From Octopus sinensis (taxonomy: Eukaryota): a stretch of DNA of 64,000 nt. This document shows positions 40,226 to 52,125 of the stretch, one piece after another. The number at the start of each line of letters is the position of its first letter. The first letter of the stretch is position 1. The stretch is from NCBI RefSeq assembly GCF_006345805.1, contig NC_043000.1, forward strand, positions 74,462,001 through 74,526,000, in the 5' to 3' direction. The notes beneath the pieces are model-generated. The model did not search any database. It saw nothing but the letters and a program-made list of their open reading frames with translations, and was not told where the DNA came from. The position numbers were made by a program, and so were the translations under genes.

Positions 40226-40864
40226 TTTAGCTGTTATGATGGCAAGTTGTAAGCTGTAAAAGATGAACAGTGCATGAAGTTTTAAGAAAGTATTTATTTA
40301 CCATTATGCTATAGTACCTTGCTTTGACAGGCAGGTTAATGATAAATCCAAAGGCATGCGAAGTAAAGTTTGTGTCCTCTTTATTGTTTAGTAGTAAATG
40401 CAGACAGAGATAGAATGATGTTGCAAGAGAACAGAATTAGAACTAGTGAGGGTTGTAGGGTGTGGGACATTGTCTCACAGTTGCTGACAGTAAACTTCAT
40501 TTCTCCCTCTGACCAATGTTCTAGCTGGTCAGCCAGAGTTCATTGAGTCGTCACCAACTGTGACTAACTGACTTTTGCTTGTGGTGTGATTGTTTATATA
40601 ACTATCTATAAGGATAGTTGAGAACATTGAGAACAACAGATTTAGTTGGTGCTCTTGTTATCGCTATTCTAGCTTTTGGTGAAGTAGAAGAGGTTAGAAA
40701 GGGCCAAGTGGTGAAGATATTATTTTGGCCTAGCTAAAGGCATCTGGAAAATGTAAAACTGCTGTCAGAGAAAAGCCATAGTTCCATCGTGGGAACAGTT
40801 CTGTTGCAGTGTTAATTTAAATTTGGCTATGGTGGATCGAATCCACTTCATGCTTGCAAGATCG

Positions 40865-40907
<43 letters not shown>

Positions 40908-40989
40908 GTTTAAATATTGTTGTGCAAGATTTTTTATATATATATATAGATATATATACACTCACACACACACACATGTATATATATCC

Positions 40990-41040
<51 letters not shown>

Positions 41041-41214
41041 ATAATAAATATTAGGAATAAATCCAAATTTACAGGGAAAAAATCAGATTTAGGATTAAAT
41101 CCAATTTTATAGTAAAATATTATAAAATATTATTAGAGACAAAACCACTATTTTGCAAAACAAAAGGAAAGACTTAATCAATACATAAATTTTAATAAAT
41201 AGTCAAAAAAACCG

Positions 41215-41256
41215 CCACTACAATGTTTCTTGTCTTGATCGACAATCTTCAGGTGG
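41215..41256 (-). ncRNA. Minimal type I hammerhead ribozyme (mirror copy)
   Basis: Same as 41308-41350, with one A missing from the stem III loop (ACATTGT). Confidence 0.78.
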
Positions 41257-41307
41257 ACTTCCAATAAGTCAGTTTCAAATTATAATTTGAACTGACTTAT
41301 TGGAAGT

Positions 41308-41350
41308 CCACCTGAAGATTGTCGATCAAGACAAGAAACAATTGTAGTGG
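41308..41350 (+). ncRNA. Minimal type I hammerhead ribozyme
   Basis: CCAC-CTGAAGA-TTGTC(GATCAA)GACAA-GAAA-C(AATT)G-TA/GTGG. Canonical core, 4-bp stem I, 5-bp stem II, palindromic stem III ACAATTGT, GUA site. Confidence 0.85.
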
Positions 41351-41437
41351 CGGTTTTTTTGACTATTTATTAAAATTTTATGTATTGATTAAGTCTTTCC
41401 TTGTTTGTTTTGCAAAATAGTGGTTTTGTCTCTAATA

Positions 41438-41471
<34 letters not shown>

Positions 41472-42758
41472 CGAGGGGCGTTCAATAAGTAATGCCTCTG
41501 ACCCACTTGCAGTTGTTTGATCTAGCTGAAAATTTACATGTGCAATTATTTATATCTCTATAGATTAAGTGGCAAATTACAGCTCTGAACTAATTGTGGT
41601 TTCTGAAATACAGGTGTTTGAACTGAGTCAGTGTGAAATGGAGCCTGTTGAGTGTCGAGCAGTTATCCGGTTTTTGTATTTGAAAGGACGCACACCCAGG
41701 AGACTTTTGATGAAATGAAAGTAACTTATGGTGATGATGCCCCATCATATGACCTTGTAAAACGCTGGCATCGTGAATTCAACATGGTTGGAACTCTGCG
41801 GAACAGCTCCCAGATCTGGTCGCCCCCTTCTGCCATTGATGAGGCATCTGTCCATCAAGTTGAGGCTGCCATTTTGGAAGATCGACGCATAACTATTCGC
41901 CAAATAGCCCATGAGGTCAAGTTTAGTACCAGGTCTGTGGAAACTATCATTCATGACCATTTGCATATGCAAAAGGTATCTGCCAGATGGATTCCCAGGT
42001 TGCTCACACCTTTCCAGAAGCAAGAACGTGTCGAGTGCTCGAGGATGAATTTGGAGATGTGCCAAGAAGATGAGTCAAAATTTTTCAAAAGACTGATTAC
42101 ACAGGATGAAACCTGGGTCCATCACTATGATCCAGACACCAAAGCCCAGTCAATGCAGTGGAAGCACCGTGACTCACCTCCTCCAAAGAAGGCAAGGGTG
42201 CAGCCCTCCGCTGGCAAGGTCATGCTCACAGTCTTCTGGGGCCAGGACGGAGTAGTGATGACAGATTTCCTGGCAAAGGGTACCACAATTACAGGAGCCT
42301 ATTATGCTTCACTTTTGAGGAAATTAAGAGAAGCTATCAAAATCAAGAGGCGGGGCAAGATCAGCAGAGGCATCCTCCTCCTGCAGGACAACGCTCCGGT
42401 CTACAACTCGCGTGTCGCCAGATCAGAAGCACAGGCATGCAGCTATTAACTCCTCCCCTATCCCCCTACTCTTCTGACCTTGCACCCTCTGATTTTCACC
42501 TCTTCCCAGCCATGAAGTTGTTTTTGAAAGGAAAGCGTTTCGCAGATGATGCAGCCTTGATTTCTGAAGTCACGTCGTGGTTGGAGGACCAAGCTGGGGT
42601 CTTCTACAAAAACGGTCTCCAGAGTTGCATCAAACGATGGGAGAAATGTGTAACTCTGAGTGGTTCCTATGTAGAAAAAGACTAATAACTGTGCCAAGTT
42701 TCGTCGCTCTACTGCTATGGGAATTGGGTCAGGGGCATTACTTATTGAACGCCCCTCG
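41472..42758 (+). mobile_element. Full-length mariner transposon (1287 bp)
   Basis: 33-bp TIRs CGAGGGGCGTTCAATAAGTAATGCC(T/C)CTGACCC with one mismatch. TA on both sides, within (TA)n. Confidence 0.96.
41638..42685 (+). pseudogene. Mariner DD34D transposase with frameshifts and a stop
   Basis: ARWIPRLLT; TQDETWVHHYDP; LLQDNAPVY; YSSDLAPSDFHLF. Disruptions near 41.70 kb, 41.78 kb and 42447. Confidence 0.92.
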
Positions 42759-42774
42759 TATATATATATATATA

Positions 42775-44133
42775 TCATCATCATCATCATCGTTTAACGT
42801 CCGCTTTCCATGCTAGCATGGGTTGGACGGTTCAACCGGTGTCTGAGAAGCCAGGAGGCTGCACCAGGCCCAGTCTATCTGGCAGTGTTTCTACGGCTGG
42901 ATGCCCTCCCTAACGCCAACCACTCTGTGAGTGTAGTGGGTGCTTTTTACTTGCCACTGGCACAGGTGCCAGGTGAGGCTGGCAACGGCCACGATCATCA
43001 GTTGGTGCTTTTTACGTGCCACCGGCACGGAGGCCAGTCGAGGCAGTGCTGGCAATGGTCACGTTCGGATGGTTCTTTATGTGCCACCGGCACTGGTATC
43101 ACAACTACAATTTCCATTGATTTTTGATCGATTTCGATTTCACTTGCCCCAACAGGTCTTTGCAAGCAGAGTTTTGTGTCCCAAGAAGGAAAGGTATGCA
43201 TAAGTGGACTGGCTACATCCCAGGTAAAGGCCACAGATTATGGTCTCACTTGTCCTGCCAGGTCTTCTCATGCACAGCATATTTCCAAAGGTCTCGATCA
43301 CTAGTTATTGCCTAAAGTTCGAAGGTCGTGCTTCACCACCTCATCCCAGGTTTTCCTGGGTCTACCTCTTCCACAGGTTCCCACAACCGCTAGGGTGTGG
43401 CACTTTTTCACACATCTATCTTCATCTATTCTCGCCACATGACCATACCAGTGCAATCGTCTTTCTTGCACACCACAACTGATGCGTCTTAGGTCCAACT
43501 TTTCTCTCAAGGTACTTACACTCTGTTGAGTATGAACAATGACATTACACATCCATCGGAGCATACTGGCTTCATTTCTTGTGAGCTTACGCATATCCTC
43601 AGCAGCCACGGCCCATGTTTCACTGCCATGTAGCATGGCTGTTCGTACACATGCATCATACAGTCTCCTTTTTACTCTGAGCGAGAGGCCTTTTCTCACC
43701 AGCAGAGGTAAGAGCTCTCTGAACTTTGCCCAGGCTATTCTTACTCTGGCAGTTACACTTTCAGCACACCCGCCCCATCTACTGACTTGGTCACCTAGGT
43801 AACGGAAGCTATCAACTACTTCTAGTTTTTCTCCCTGGAATGTGGCGGAAGTTGTTCTCTGCACATTTTCAGTGTTTATTGCTCCTGCGTATCTGCCACA
43901 TACAAAAACTATCTTCCTAGTTAGCCTTCCTTTGATATTGCTGCACCTCTTATATGTCCATAGCTTACACTTGGTACATCTTATAGAATTTCTACCTATG
44001 CCTTTTCTACAGATGGAGCAGGGCCATCTACCTGAAGGCGTTTTTGATTTGTCTACCTTCCTACTTATTAGGACTTTGGTTTTAGCTAGGTTGACTCTAA
44101 GGCCCTTTGATTCTAATCCCTGCTTCCACACCT
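42775..44133 (-). mobile_element. RTE LINE, 5' truncated, with 3' UTR and (GAT)n tail
   Basis: 276-aa frame WKQGLESKGLRVNLAKTK...CSICRKG..SIRCTKC...LHGSETW...GRGRPRKTW. The tail reads (CAT)n on the plus strand at ~42775-42792. Confidence 0.92.
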
Positions 44134-44158
44134 GAAACTATATATATATATATCCATA

Positions 44159-44931
44159 TCTATTATATAAAATCTGTTCTGTCTGTCTTTGTGTGTGTCT
44201 TCTAGGATCTTGGGCATCCTCCATCCGATTGCACTCAAATTTGATATGTAGATACTGATGATATCAGGGCGTGTATAAGTCTTGAAAAAATTACAAAAAT
44301 CGATTCCAGGAGAGAATGCGATCGATAAAGCCGTGGGAACGTGTATTTGTACATGCAAGTACATCAGCTGTTATGATCGATACTACGCGTATGCAAGAAA
44401 AATGCACATGCAGTTTGTGCAAAAAAAAACCGGCTAGCTTGAAATAATGTCACAAAATGCAGTATATTTAAGAGACCAAAAATGTAAGATGCAAAAGAAA
44501 TATTTTCTTCAAACTTGGCATGAAGGAAGGAAAGACTATTTGGTTTCTCAAGAAGTTTTTTTTGCCTTAACACTGTTTAGCAAAACCAAAATATTTATTG
44601 AAATAAAGGCATGCTTAATTATTTTTTAATAAAAAAAATCATGTTTCTTTCCTGCCAAGCTTACTGTTTAAACCATGTCTGTGTTCTCCCAGTCAACAAC
44701 CTTATCATTACTGGTACTTTAAACTCTTCAGTTGCATATTTATGTGAATAAAATCGTTTTTCTTTGGAATAGAAAAAAGTCTTCTTTTGCTGATGTCTCA
44801 AATTTAGGTTAAATCAGTGTTTCTCAAAGGGGAGGCCTATGGGATGGCCAGACAAGTTGTTTTGAGAAAATTTGGTTTAAATGTTTGACGACTCAGCACC
44901 ATCCATTGAATGGGGTGGGGCGTTTTGCTCG
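44159..44931 (+). mobile_element. Non-autonomous Helitron, copy 1
   Basis: Starts A|TCTATTATATAAAA. Ends with a short hairpin remnant and TTTGCTCG. Both ends are shared with copy 2. Confidence 0.75.
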
Positions 44932-46005
44932 TCTATTATATAAAATCAGTTCTGTCTGTCTGTGTGTGTGTCTTCCAGGATCTCTGGCATCCTCCATCCG
45001 ATTGCACTCAAATTTGGTATGTAGATACCAACAGTATTAGGGCATGTATAAGTCTTGAAAAAATTACAAAAATCGATTCCAGGTGAGAATGTGATCAATA
45101 AAGCCATGGGAACGTGCATTTGTACACGCAAGTACATCATGGATGACGTTTTCAAGGCAAAAGTTATCATGGGTCAAGGAGCAGGGGGATGTTATTTTTA
45201 TTTCCTGCATGCCATTGATTCCGTTGGTCTGCGTTTATCCGATGAAATGCATTCAGTTCCCTATTTGCCTGAGCTTCGCGATGACCATCAACAAAGCACA
45301 GGGGCAGTCATTAAAAGTTGTGGGGTTGGACCATAGCACTCCCTGCTTTTCGCATGGACAACTGTATGTGGGCTGTTCAAGGGTTGGCTGTTCGACAAAC
45401 CTTTTCTACTAACAAGGAATGTGGTTTACAAGGCTATGCTCCACTAGTTTTTCCATGCCCTTGAACATCCCATAAAGTAAGTTAGCTTAAAATTAGTTAC
45501 TTAGCTTCCTAGGTTCTTGCTTTTCATCAAAAATCGCCCCAAGTTGATTTCCTACATGTTTTATGGGATAATCTTATTATTGTCCAAGGTATGTTCTCAT
45601 AAATTCATCATGCATTTCCATCTAGATTTACCTCTAGCTAACCCATTTGCATGCATCGTTTTTGTCCTGCTTTTCTTCCGTCGACCAGTACATAACAGCA
45701 CCTTCCATTTTTTGTTGTTTTTATACTGCTTAAAGGCATGTTTCTTTCCTGCCAAGCTTACTGTTTAAACCATGTTTGTGTTCTCCCAGTCAACAGCCTG
45801 TGTGAATAAAATCGTTTTTCTTTGGAATAGAAAAAAGTCTATCTTTATTTCTTCTTTTGCTGGTGTCTCAAATTTAGATTAAATCAGTGTTTCTCAAAAG
45901 GGAGGCCTATGGGATGGTTGGACAAGTCGTTTTGAGAAAATTTGGTTAAAATGTTTGACAACTCAGCACCATCCATTGGACGGGTGGGGGAGGGCGTTTT
46001 GCTCA
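44932..46005 (+). mobile_element. Helitron copy 2 with a RepHel helicase C-terminal fragment
   Basis: 45143-45412 encodes IQFPICLSFAMTINKAQGQSL..CFSHGQLYVGCSRVG (PIF1-like motifs). Hairpin CCATCC-ATT-GGACGG, end CTCA|T. Confidence 0.85.
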
Positions 46006-46235
46006 TATATATATATACATATACATATACATAAAAACATATATATAATAATAATAAAAAGGTAAAATTAATTAACTAATCAATCAATTAATTAATTAAT
46101 AATTAATAATTTTACCAAGTAGTTCGGTTATGTTAAAATAACCTTTTTAGGTAAAATTATACAAATAATCTGTAATTATAAGCATAATTATAATCAGGGG
46201 TCAGCTTATTGCTTTGCCACACACTGAATTTAGAA

Positions 46236-46460
46236 ATCTATATATATAAAACTAGGAATGTGTGTGTGTCCCTAAAACTTGAGAACTACACAACCAATTT
46301 CATTCAAATTTTAGACATGCCTTACTTAGGGTCCATGTAGTGTTACGGGCAAAAAAAATGTTTAAACTTTTTGCCTAGGGTGAGCCCACAGCAACATCAT
46401 ATCTTCTTCACTATTTCAGTCTTATGTGTTAAAAGGGAAACAAAAAGATCTCTCTATTGC
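46236..46460 (+). mobile_element. 5' fragment of a second Helitron family
   Basis: ATCTATATATATAAAACT start. Homologous to 55061-55290. Confidence 0.65.
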
Positions 46461-46541
46461 ATGTATATGGATGTGTATATATATATATATTATATATATA
46501 TATATATAATATATATATATATATTTATATATATATATATA

Positions 46542-46580
<39 letters not shown>

Positions 46581-46586
<6 letters not shown>

Positions 46587-47090
46587 GAAATATTAAAAAA
46601 TAACTAAGTCTCTCTAAAAGAGAACAGCGGCAGCGTTCCCGGAAAATAATAGTTATCGCCATACTAATATGGCATTCTTATAAAAATAAGAAAAAAGCTG
46701 TCCGCTTATTAGCTCCATGAGGCCATCGCCTTAGTTAGCTATTTGATACACAAACTGTATCCATATAACCTTCGAACAAGGGAGGTCAGTCGCTCCACAC
46801 TACTTGACCGGCAGCTACAGACGCGTTTCGGGGTATTGCCCCTTTTCAATGCAGCGTAGCCAGCCAGTAGGTGTCGCTTCCGACAATCTCTGTTCGATGG
46901 TTTTATTTACCTAGTTTTGTGGAATACATCCACTTGTTTTCAATAATAGAAATATTAAAATAACTAAGTCTCTCTAAAAGAGACAGCGGCAGCGTTCCCG
47001 GAAAATAATAGTTATCGCCATACTAATATGGCATTCTTATAAAAATAAGAAAAAAGCTGTCCGCTTATTAGCTCCATGAGGCCATCGCCT
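46581..47090 (-). mobile_element. Retrozyme/pLTR-like unit: ~360-bp monomer with ~150-bp direct terminal repeats and one hammerhead
   Basis: 46581-46731 repeats at 46943-47090. Flanked by (TA)n on both sides. Confidence 0.75.
46814..46860 (-). ncRNA. Minimal type I hammerhead ribozyme, U3-A8 core variant
   Basis: Minus strand reads GCA-TTGAAAA-GGGG(CAATA)CCCC-GAAA-C(GC)G-TC/TGT. Palindromic stem III ACGCGT, GUC site. Confidence 0.75.
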
Positions 47091-47091
47091 C

Positions 47092-47165
<74 letters not shown>

Positions 47166-47171
<6 letters not shown>

Positions 47172-48195
47172 ATATTTCGGAATGGTCATATTGCCAGTTT
47201 AGCCAATAAAACACACACACTATATATTTGGTGTTATTTTGCTTCAGTGATATTATTTTTTACATTAATCTTATCTTATTTCGGCCAAAGTTCTTTCGTC
47301 ACACTCCTGTGACCGCATCAGTGGTCCTTTGTTTTCTTCTCACTTACTTGTGTCTCTCCTTACTAACCGTCAGCATTTTTATTCTATTGTATGTCTTCAT
47401 TTGCGCATGCTTATATCTCTCTATGTGCGTCTATGTTTATTTAGTGTGTGTGTGGGGGGGATGCCTGTAATATTTGTATCTTCTGGTTATATACATTCTT
47501 GTAATTTGTATTTTGTTTTTGTTGTTGTTGCTTTTGTTCTAATTTTGTTCATGTGTTTACATCCACCCATTATTATCATTACATATGCTTGTATGTATGT
47601 ATAACAACAATATTAGTAATAATAATAATAAATCTAATCGAAAAAAAAAAAAAAAAAGAATATACATATACATATATATACATACATATACATATACATA
47701 TATATATATATACATATATACACACATATTATTTATTTATTATTATTATTACTAATATTGTTGTTATACATACATACAAGCATATGTAATGATAATAATG
47801 GGTGGATGTAAACACATGAACAAAATTAGAACAAAAGCAACAACAACAAAAACAAAATACAAATTACAAGAATGTATATAACCAGAAGATACAAATATTA
47901 CAGGCATCCCCCCCACACACACTAAATAAACATAGACGCACATAGAGATATAAGCATGCGCAAATGAAGACATACAATAGAAATACAAAGGCTGACGGTT
48001 AGTAGGAGAGACACAAGTATGAGAAGAAAACAAAGGACCACTGATGCGGTCACAGAGTGTGACGAAAGAACTTTGGCCGAAATAAGATTAAGATTAATGT
48101 AAAAATAAATATCACTGAAGCAAAATAACACCAAATATATAGTGCGTGTGTTTTTATTGGCTAAACTGGCAATATGACCATTCCGAAATATAACA
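47166..48195. mobile_element. Foldback element with ~465-bp inverted arms and a variant hammerhead-like motif in each arm
   Basis: 47166-47633 is the reverse complement of ~47730-48195. Motif CCA-CTGATGCG-GTCAC..GTGAC-GAAAG(AA)CTT-TGG at 48038-48076 (+) and 47285-47324 (-). Confidence 0.8.
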
Positions 48196-48251
48196 TATCT
48201 GTTTCAACACACGACTTCACATAAAAAATCTTGCACAACAAATATTTAAAC

Positions 48252-48291
<40 letters not shown>

Positions 48292-48340
48292 AAACAAGTA
48301 AAAAATAGAAAATGCTAAAATAATTTTATAGTGAACATTT

Positions 48341-48378
48341 CAGTACCGGTTTCGGTCATTTTGAGACCTTTTCAACTG
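48341..48378 (-). ncRNA. Minimal type I hammerhead ribozyme, U3-A8 core variant (left PLE end)
   Basis: Exact reverse complement of 54041-54078. Confidence 0.8.
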
Positions 48379-49092
48379 TAACGATTAAATAATTAAATTT
48401 AGAAAAATTAGAAGAAAAGTTTTTTAAAAGAATATTTCTATAGTAGTGTTCAGATTTAAGTGGCATTCTGCCTTTCTCTGACTCCCTTGTTTGCACTTGT
48501 GTGTTCGAGGTAGTTGTGAGCTCTTGGTAGGGTAGTAGAGAGAAGGCTGGTGAGGAAAGGGGTGGGAGAATCTGGGAGTGCCCTGATGGTCGTATTTTGA
48601 ATGGTCAGTGGCGGCTGGCAGTCTCAGTTCAATTCAGGAGAATATTTATATTGACAGGCTTCTTTATAGAATTAGCGTAGGTGTTATACTAAAAAACATT
48701 AGTGACAAACTTAAGGGGTAGGGGTGGAGAAGAAGAAGAAGAAGAAGAAGAAGAAGAAGGAAAGGAGAAGGAGAAATGACGATGATGGTGATGGTGGTGA
48801 TGATTATGACGACGATGATGATGATAACGATATGATGAAAAGAAGAAGAAGAGAAGAGAAGAAGGAGGAGAAGGAGAAGATGTGGTGATGATGGTGGCGA
48901 TGATGATGATGCCGATGATGATGATAACGATGATGATGAAGAAGAATAGGAAGAAGAGAGAAGAAAAAACAGAGAAGGGAGAATATGAATGTAAATATAG
49001 CTATGAAGGGGCTGATTAGTAATGGATTCTATTGAGTGTAGTATTTGTGTGTGTATATATATTTTTTTCTTTTATTCTAAAGTTGAGGTATA

Positions 49093-52000
49093 TTAATTGT
49101 TTGTCGTAGACCCGTTAAGAAGTGGCTTGTATTTTGTAATAAAGAGATTTTCTTTACTTATTCGTTGTCTCGAGGTTGTATCGTCCCTAAATTGGTAGAG
49201 GGGGAAAATTCTGAAGTTTGGTGTTTTTTTGTTGGCGCAAGTATCTATGTGTTGGCTAAAAGCTATTTTTCTGTTTTGGGGAATTTTTATCTGGGATCTG
49301 TGCAGGGCCATTCGTTTACGCAAACCATTTTTTGTTTGGCCTATGTACTGCTCTTGACACCCGGAGCAGGTTAGTGAGTATATTAGGTCTCCGAAGCACA
49401 TGTGAAGTTGCTTTTCACTGTAAAACGTTGTCCCTGTTTGAAGGAGAACTCAGAACCCTCGATTAGATAGTCGCATATCCCGCAATTGGGTCTTCCACAT
49501 TTTTTTACTGTCGGCTTCTGTTTGAAGAGTGAATTCGGGCTTGTGTAAGGAGACTTTTCATGGATCTAGGCTGTCTTTTGCTTTTTATGATCGTGTGTGT
49601 TTGGAGGATTGTGTTCATTCTGTGGTCTTTTTTTAGGAGGGGTATGTTGTGGAGGATGGTGTCGAAGGCTTCGTTATTGAGAGGGTTGTGTGTGAGATGT
49701 ATGGTAAGGCTTTTGGTTGTAAGTTTTTCTTTGATTTGGGATGTCTCAGTTCCTTGATGTTAAGTGAAGGGCACGTTGAATGCATTTGTCAATAAGTGAA
49801 GGTGGATAGTTCCTGGTGATTAGGGTATCTTTTAGTTCTTGTAGTCGTGTGTCTCTGGTGTTTGCGTTAGAGACTATAGTGCATATCCTTTTTGCTAGAT
49901 TGAAGGGGATATTCATCCTGGTGTGTCTGGGGTGGCATGAATTGAATGGAAGATATTGCTTAGAGTCTGTAGGCTTATAGTATATGTCTGTTTCTATTAT
50001 ATTATTAGCTTTCTTAATGAGGATATCGAGGAAGGGGAGTTTGTTGTTGGCTATATTCCATCGTGAATTGGATGTTTACGTCCAGTCCGTTTAAAATTTT
50101 CTGGAATTCTATGAGTTTTTCTATATTTTTATGCCAAAGGATGAAACAGTCATCTAGATATCTCTTCCAGTTGTTTTCTATGTAGATGGAGAAAGGGCTG
50201 CCATATCTTTCTAGAACCTTACGATACAGACTGATCTCTAGGTATCCTATGACTAGGTTGGCAAAGGAGGGGCCATTCGTGTACCCATCGCAGTCCCCGA
50301 TTTTTGTCGGTAGAAGTTGTCATTGAAGGCGAAGAAGTTATTTTCCAGGATGAATTTAACCCCTTCTATCACAAATTCTTTTTTGATGCGGTGTGGTAGT
50401 TCGTTGGCGTGATTCTCTAGCCAGAATTGGATTGCCTCTAGTCCTAGGTTGTGGGGGATATTGGAGTAGAGGTTGACTACATCGAAGGATACCAGTATGG
50501 TGTTTTTGTTTATAGTATTCGGTAGGTGATTGAGCATATCTAAGTCGTCCCTTATATAGCTTTTGACATGTTTGAGGAGTGGTTTTAACAGGGTGTCTAA
50601 AAAGTTACTGAGGCGGTGGGTTTCGCATGCGGGACCTGCTATTATGGTCTCAATTTGAGGTCATTAGGATTAGGGACTTTAATTATTTTGTCTGTAGCTA
50701 TCTTGCATGCGTTGCTTATTTTTTCACTTTTGTGGATCTTAGGTATACCGTAGAATTGGCTAGTTTTACTTGTGAAATTGGTCATATAATCATATTCTTT
50801 GTCGGTGAGCCCTGCTTTGTATGGTTTAATATGGATTTTAGTTCCCTCATTATTTTTTGTTGACTGTAGTTTTGTGCCTTTTCATAGTATGTTGTGTCTT
50901 CCAGCATAGAAAGTACCAAAGTTATGTAAAATGTCGTATCCATTAAGACAACAGCACTCCCTTTATCGGCCTCTTTGATTGTTATTGTTTTCTAGTTTTA
51001 ATTTGTTCAACTCAGCCCATTCTTTTTTGCTGAAGTTTGGTTTGTGTTTTTGTTTGTGCATATGTTGATATGGGTAATTTGATATGTGGTCACAGAAATC
51101 ATCAAGTGTTTTATTCTTACCTTTCGAGGGGGTGTAGTTACTCCTATTTCTGGCTAACGATTCGTCCTCGTTGTATTTATCGTATAGCTCCTCAGTAAGT
51201 CTTAATTTTCTGCAGAATTCTGCGATGTCTTCTTTCATTTCATTGTAGTTGGGGTGTTGTGGGGTGGGTGTAAACTTGAGTCCTTTGGAAAGTATGTTTA
51301 TTTGGTTTGCTGTTAGTTCCTTGTGAGTTAGATTAATAATTTTTATTACTTTTGGTTCCTCCTGCTTGTTTGGTGCTATCTTGTGTCTCTGTGTTTGCGT
51401 ATTGGGTCTAAAAAATGAATGCGGTGGTTGGGACGGTAGCTAGTATATAGTTGTTCTTTGTTGATTAGGGGTCTCCTGTTGTGATTTATGGTGTGTGTTC
51501 TTGGAGCAGTATTGAGGAGAGCATCCCGATATCCCATATTCGGGTGTGGTGTTCTAGGAGGCCTTCCTTGGTAATCATTGCAAGTGGTGTGGGTTTGTTG
51601 TGCATGGTTTTTTAACCGGTTAATGGGACGAAGATTTCGTTGGTAACTCCTTTGGGTGGGGATGAGGTTGCAGTGTCTATGCTGTGGGTGTTGATTTATC
51701 CTTTCTCTGCTTGAAGTGGGGGTATTCCGGATATTGTATCGCTGGCTGCTTACAGAGTTAGGGTTAGGTCCTGTATTCTTTTTTTGATAGTAGTGAAGGT
51801 TCCGATTTTTAGAGAGGTGTGTATCGGTGTTTGGGTGTTGTTTTGGTTTTCTTATTTTCTGGAAAGGGTTGTTGGAGGCGTGCTCTGTTTGAAAGACGGC
51901 TTCATAGTCTGAGAACCAAGTGGCGCTTTTCTCCCAGCGTTGGAGAGATTTTAGTTCTTCTTTTTCACAGTCCTCTTTCCATAGTTTTGAGAACTTCTCT

Positions 52001-52125
52001 TGATCTGGGCCTTGGGTCATTTTGCGAATTTCTTCGTTGATATCTTCATCGGTGGATTTTATTTTATCCTCATTCGTTTGGGCTCTCAATTTCAGAAGTT
52101 CTATTTCCATTTTCATTTTTTCCAC
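49093..52125 (-). pseudogene. PLE ORF (N-terminal domain, RT, GIY-YIG endonuclease), 5' truncated and split by frameshifts
   Basis: LVSFDVVNLYSNIPH; YRQKSGTAMGTRMAP; KRYLDDCF; LPFLDI; CSGCQEQYIGQT..LRKRMALHR; KENLFITKYKPLLN. Confidence 0.92.

Larger units (their letters stand above)
37895..40870 (-). mobile_element. Non-autonomous LTR retroelement (no recognisable gag/pol)
   Basis: 400-bp direct repeats at 37895-38294 and 40471-40870, with TG...CA ends on the minus strand (TGTAG...GAGACA). PPT AAGGGGAG at 38298-38305. No PBS or TSD found. Confidence 0.75.
41121..41447. mobile_element. ~327-bp near-perfect palindrome (foldback) with a hammerhead ribozyme in each arm
   Basis: The two arms are reverse complements with few indels, centred near 41283. 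Confidence 0.9.
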
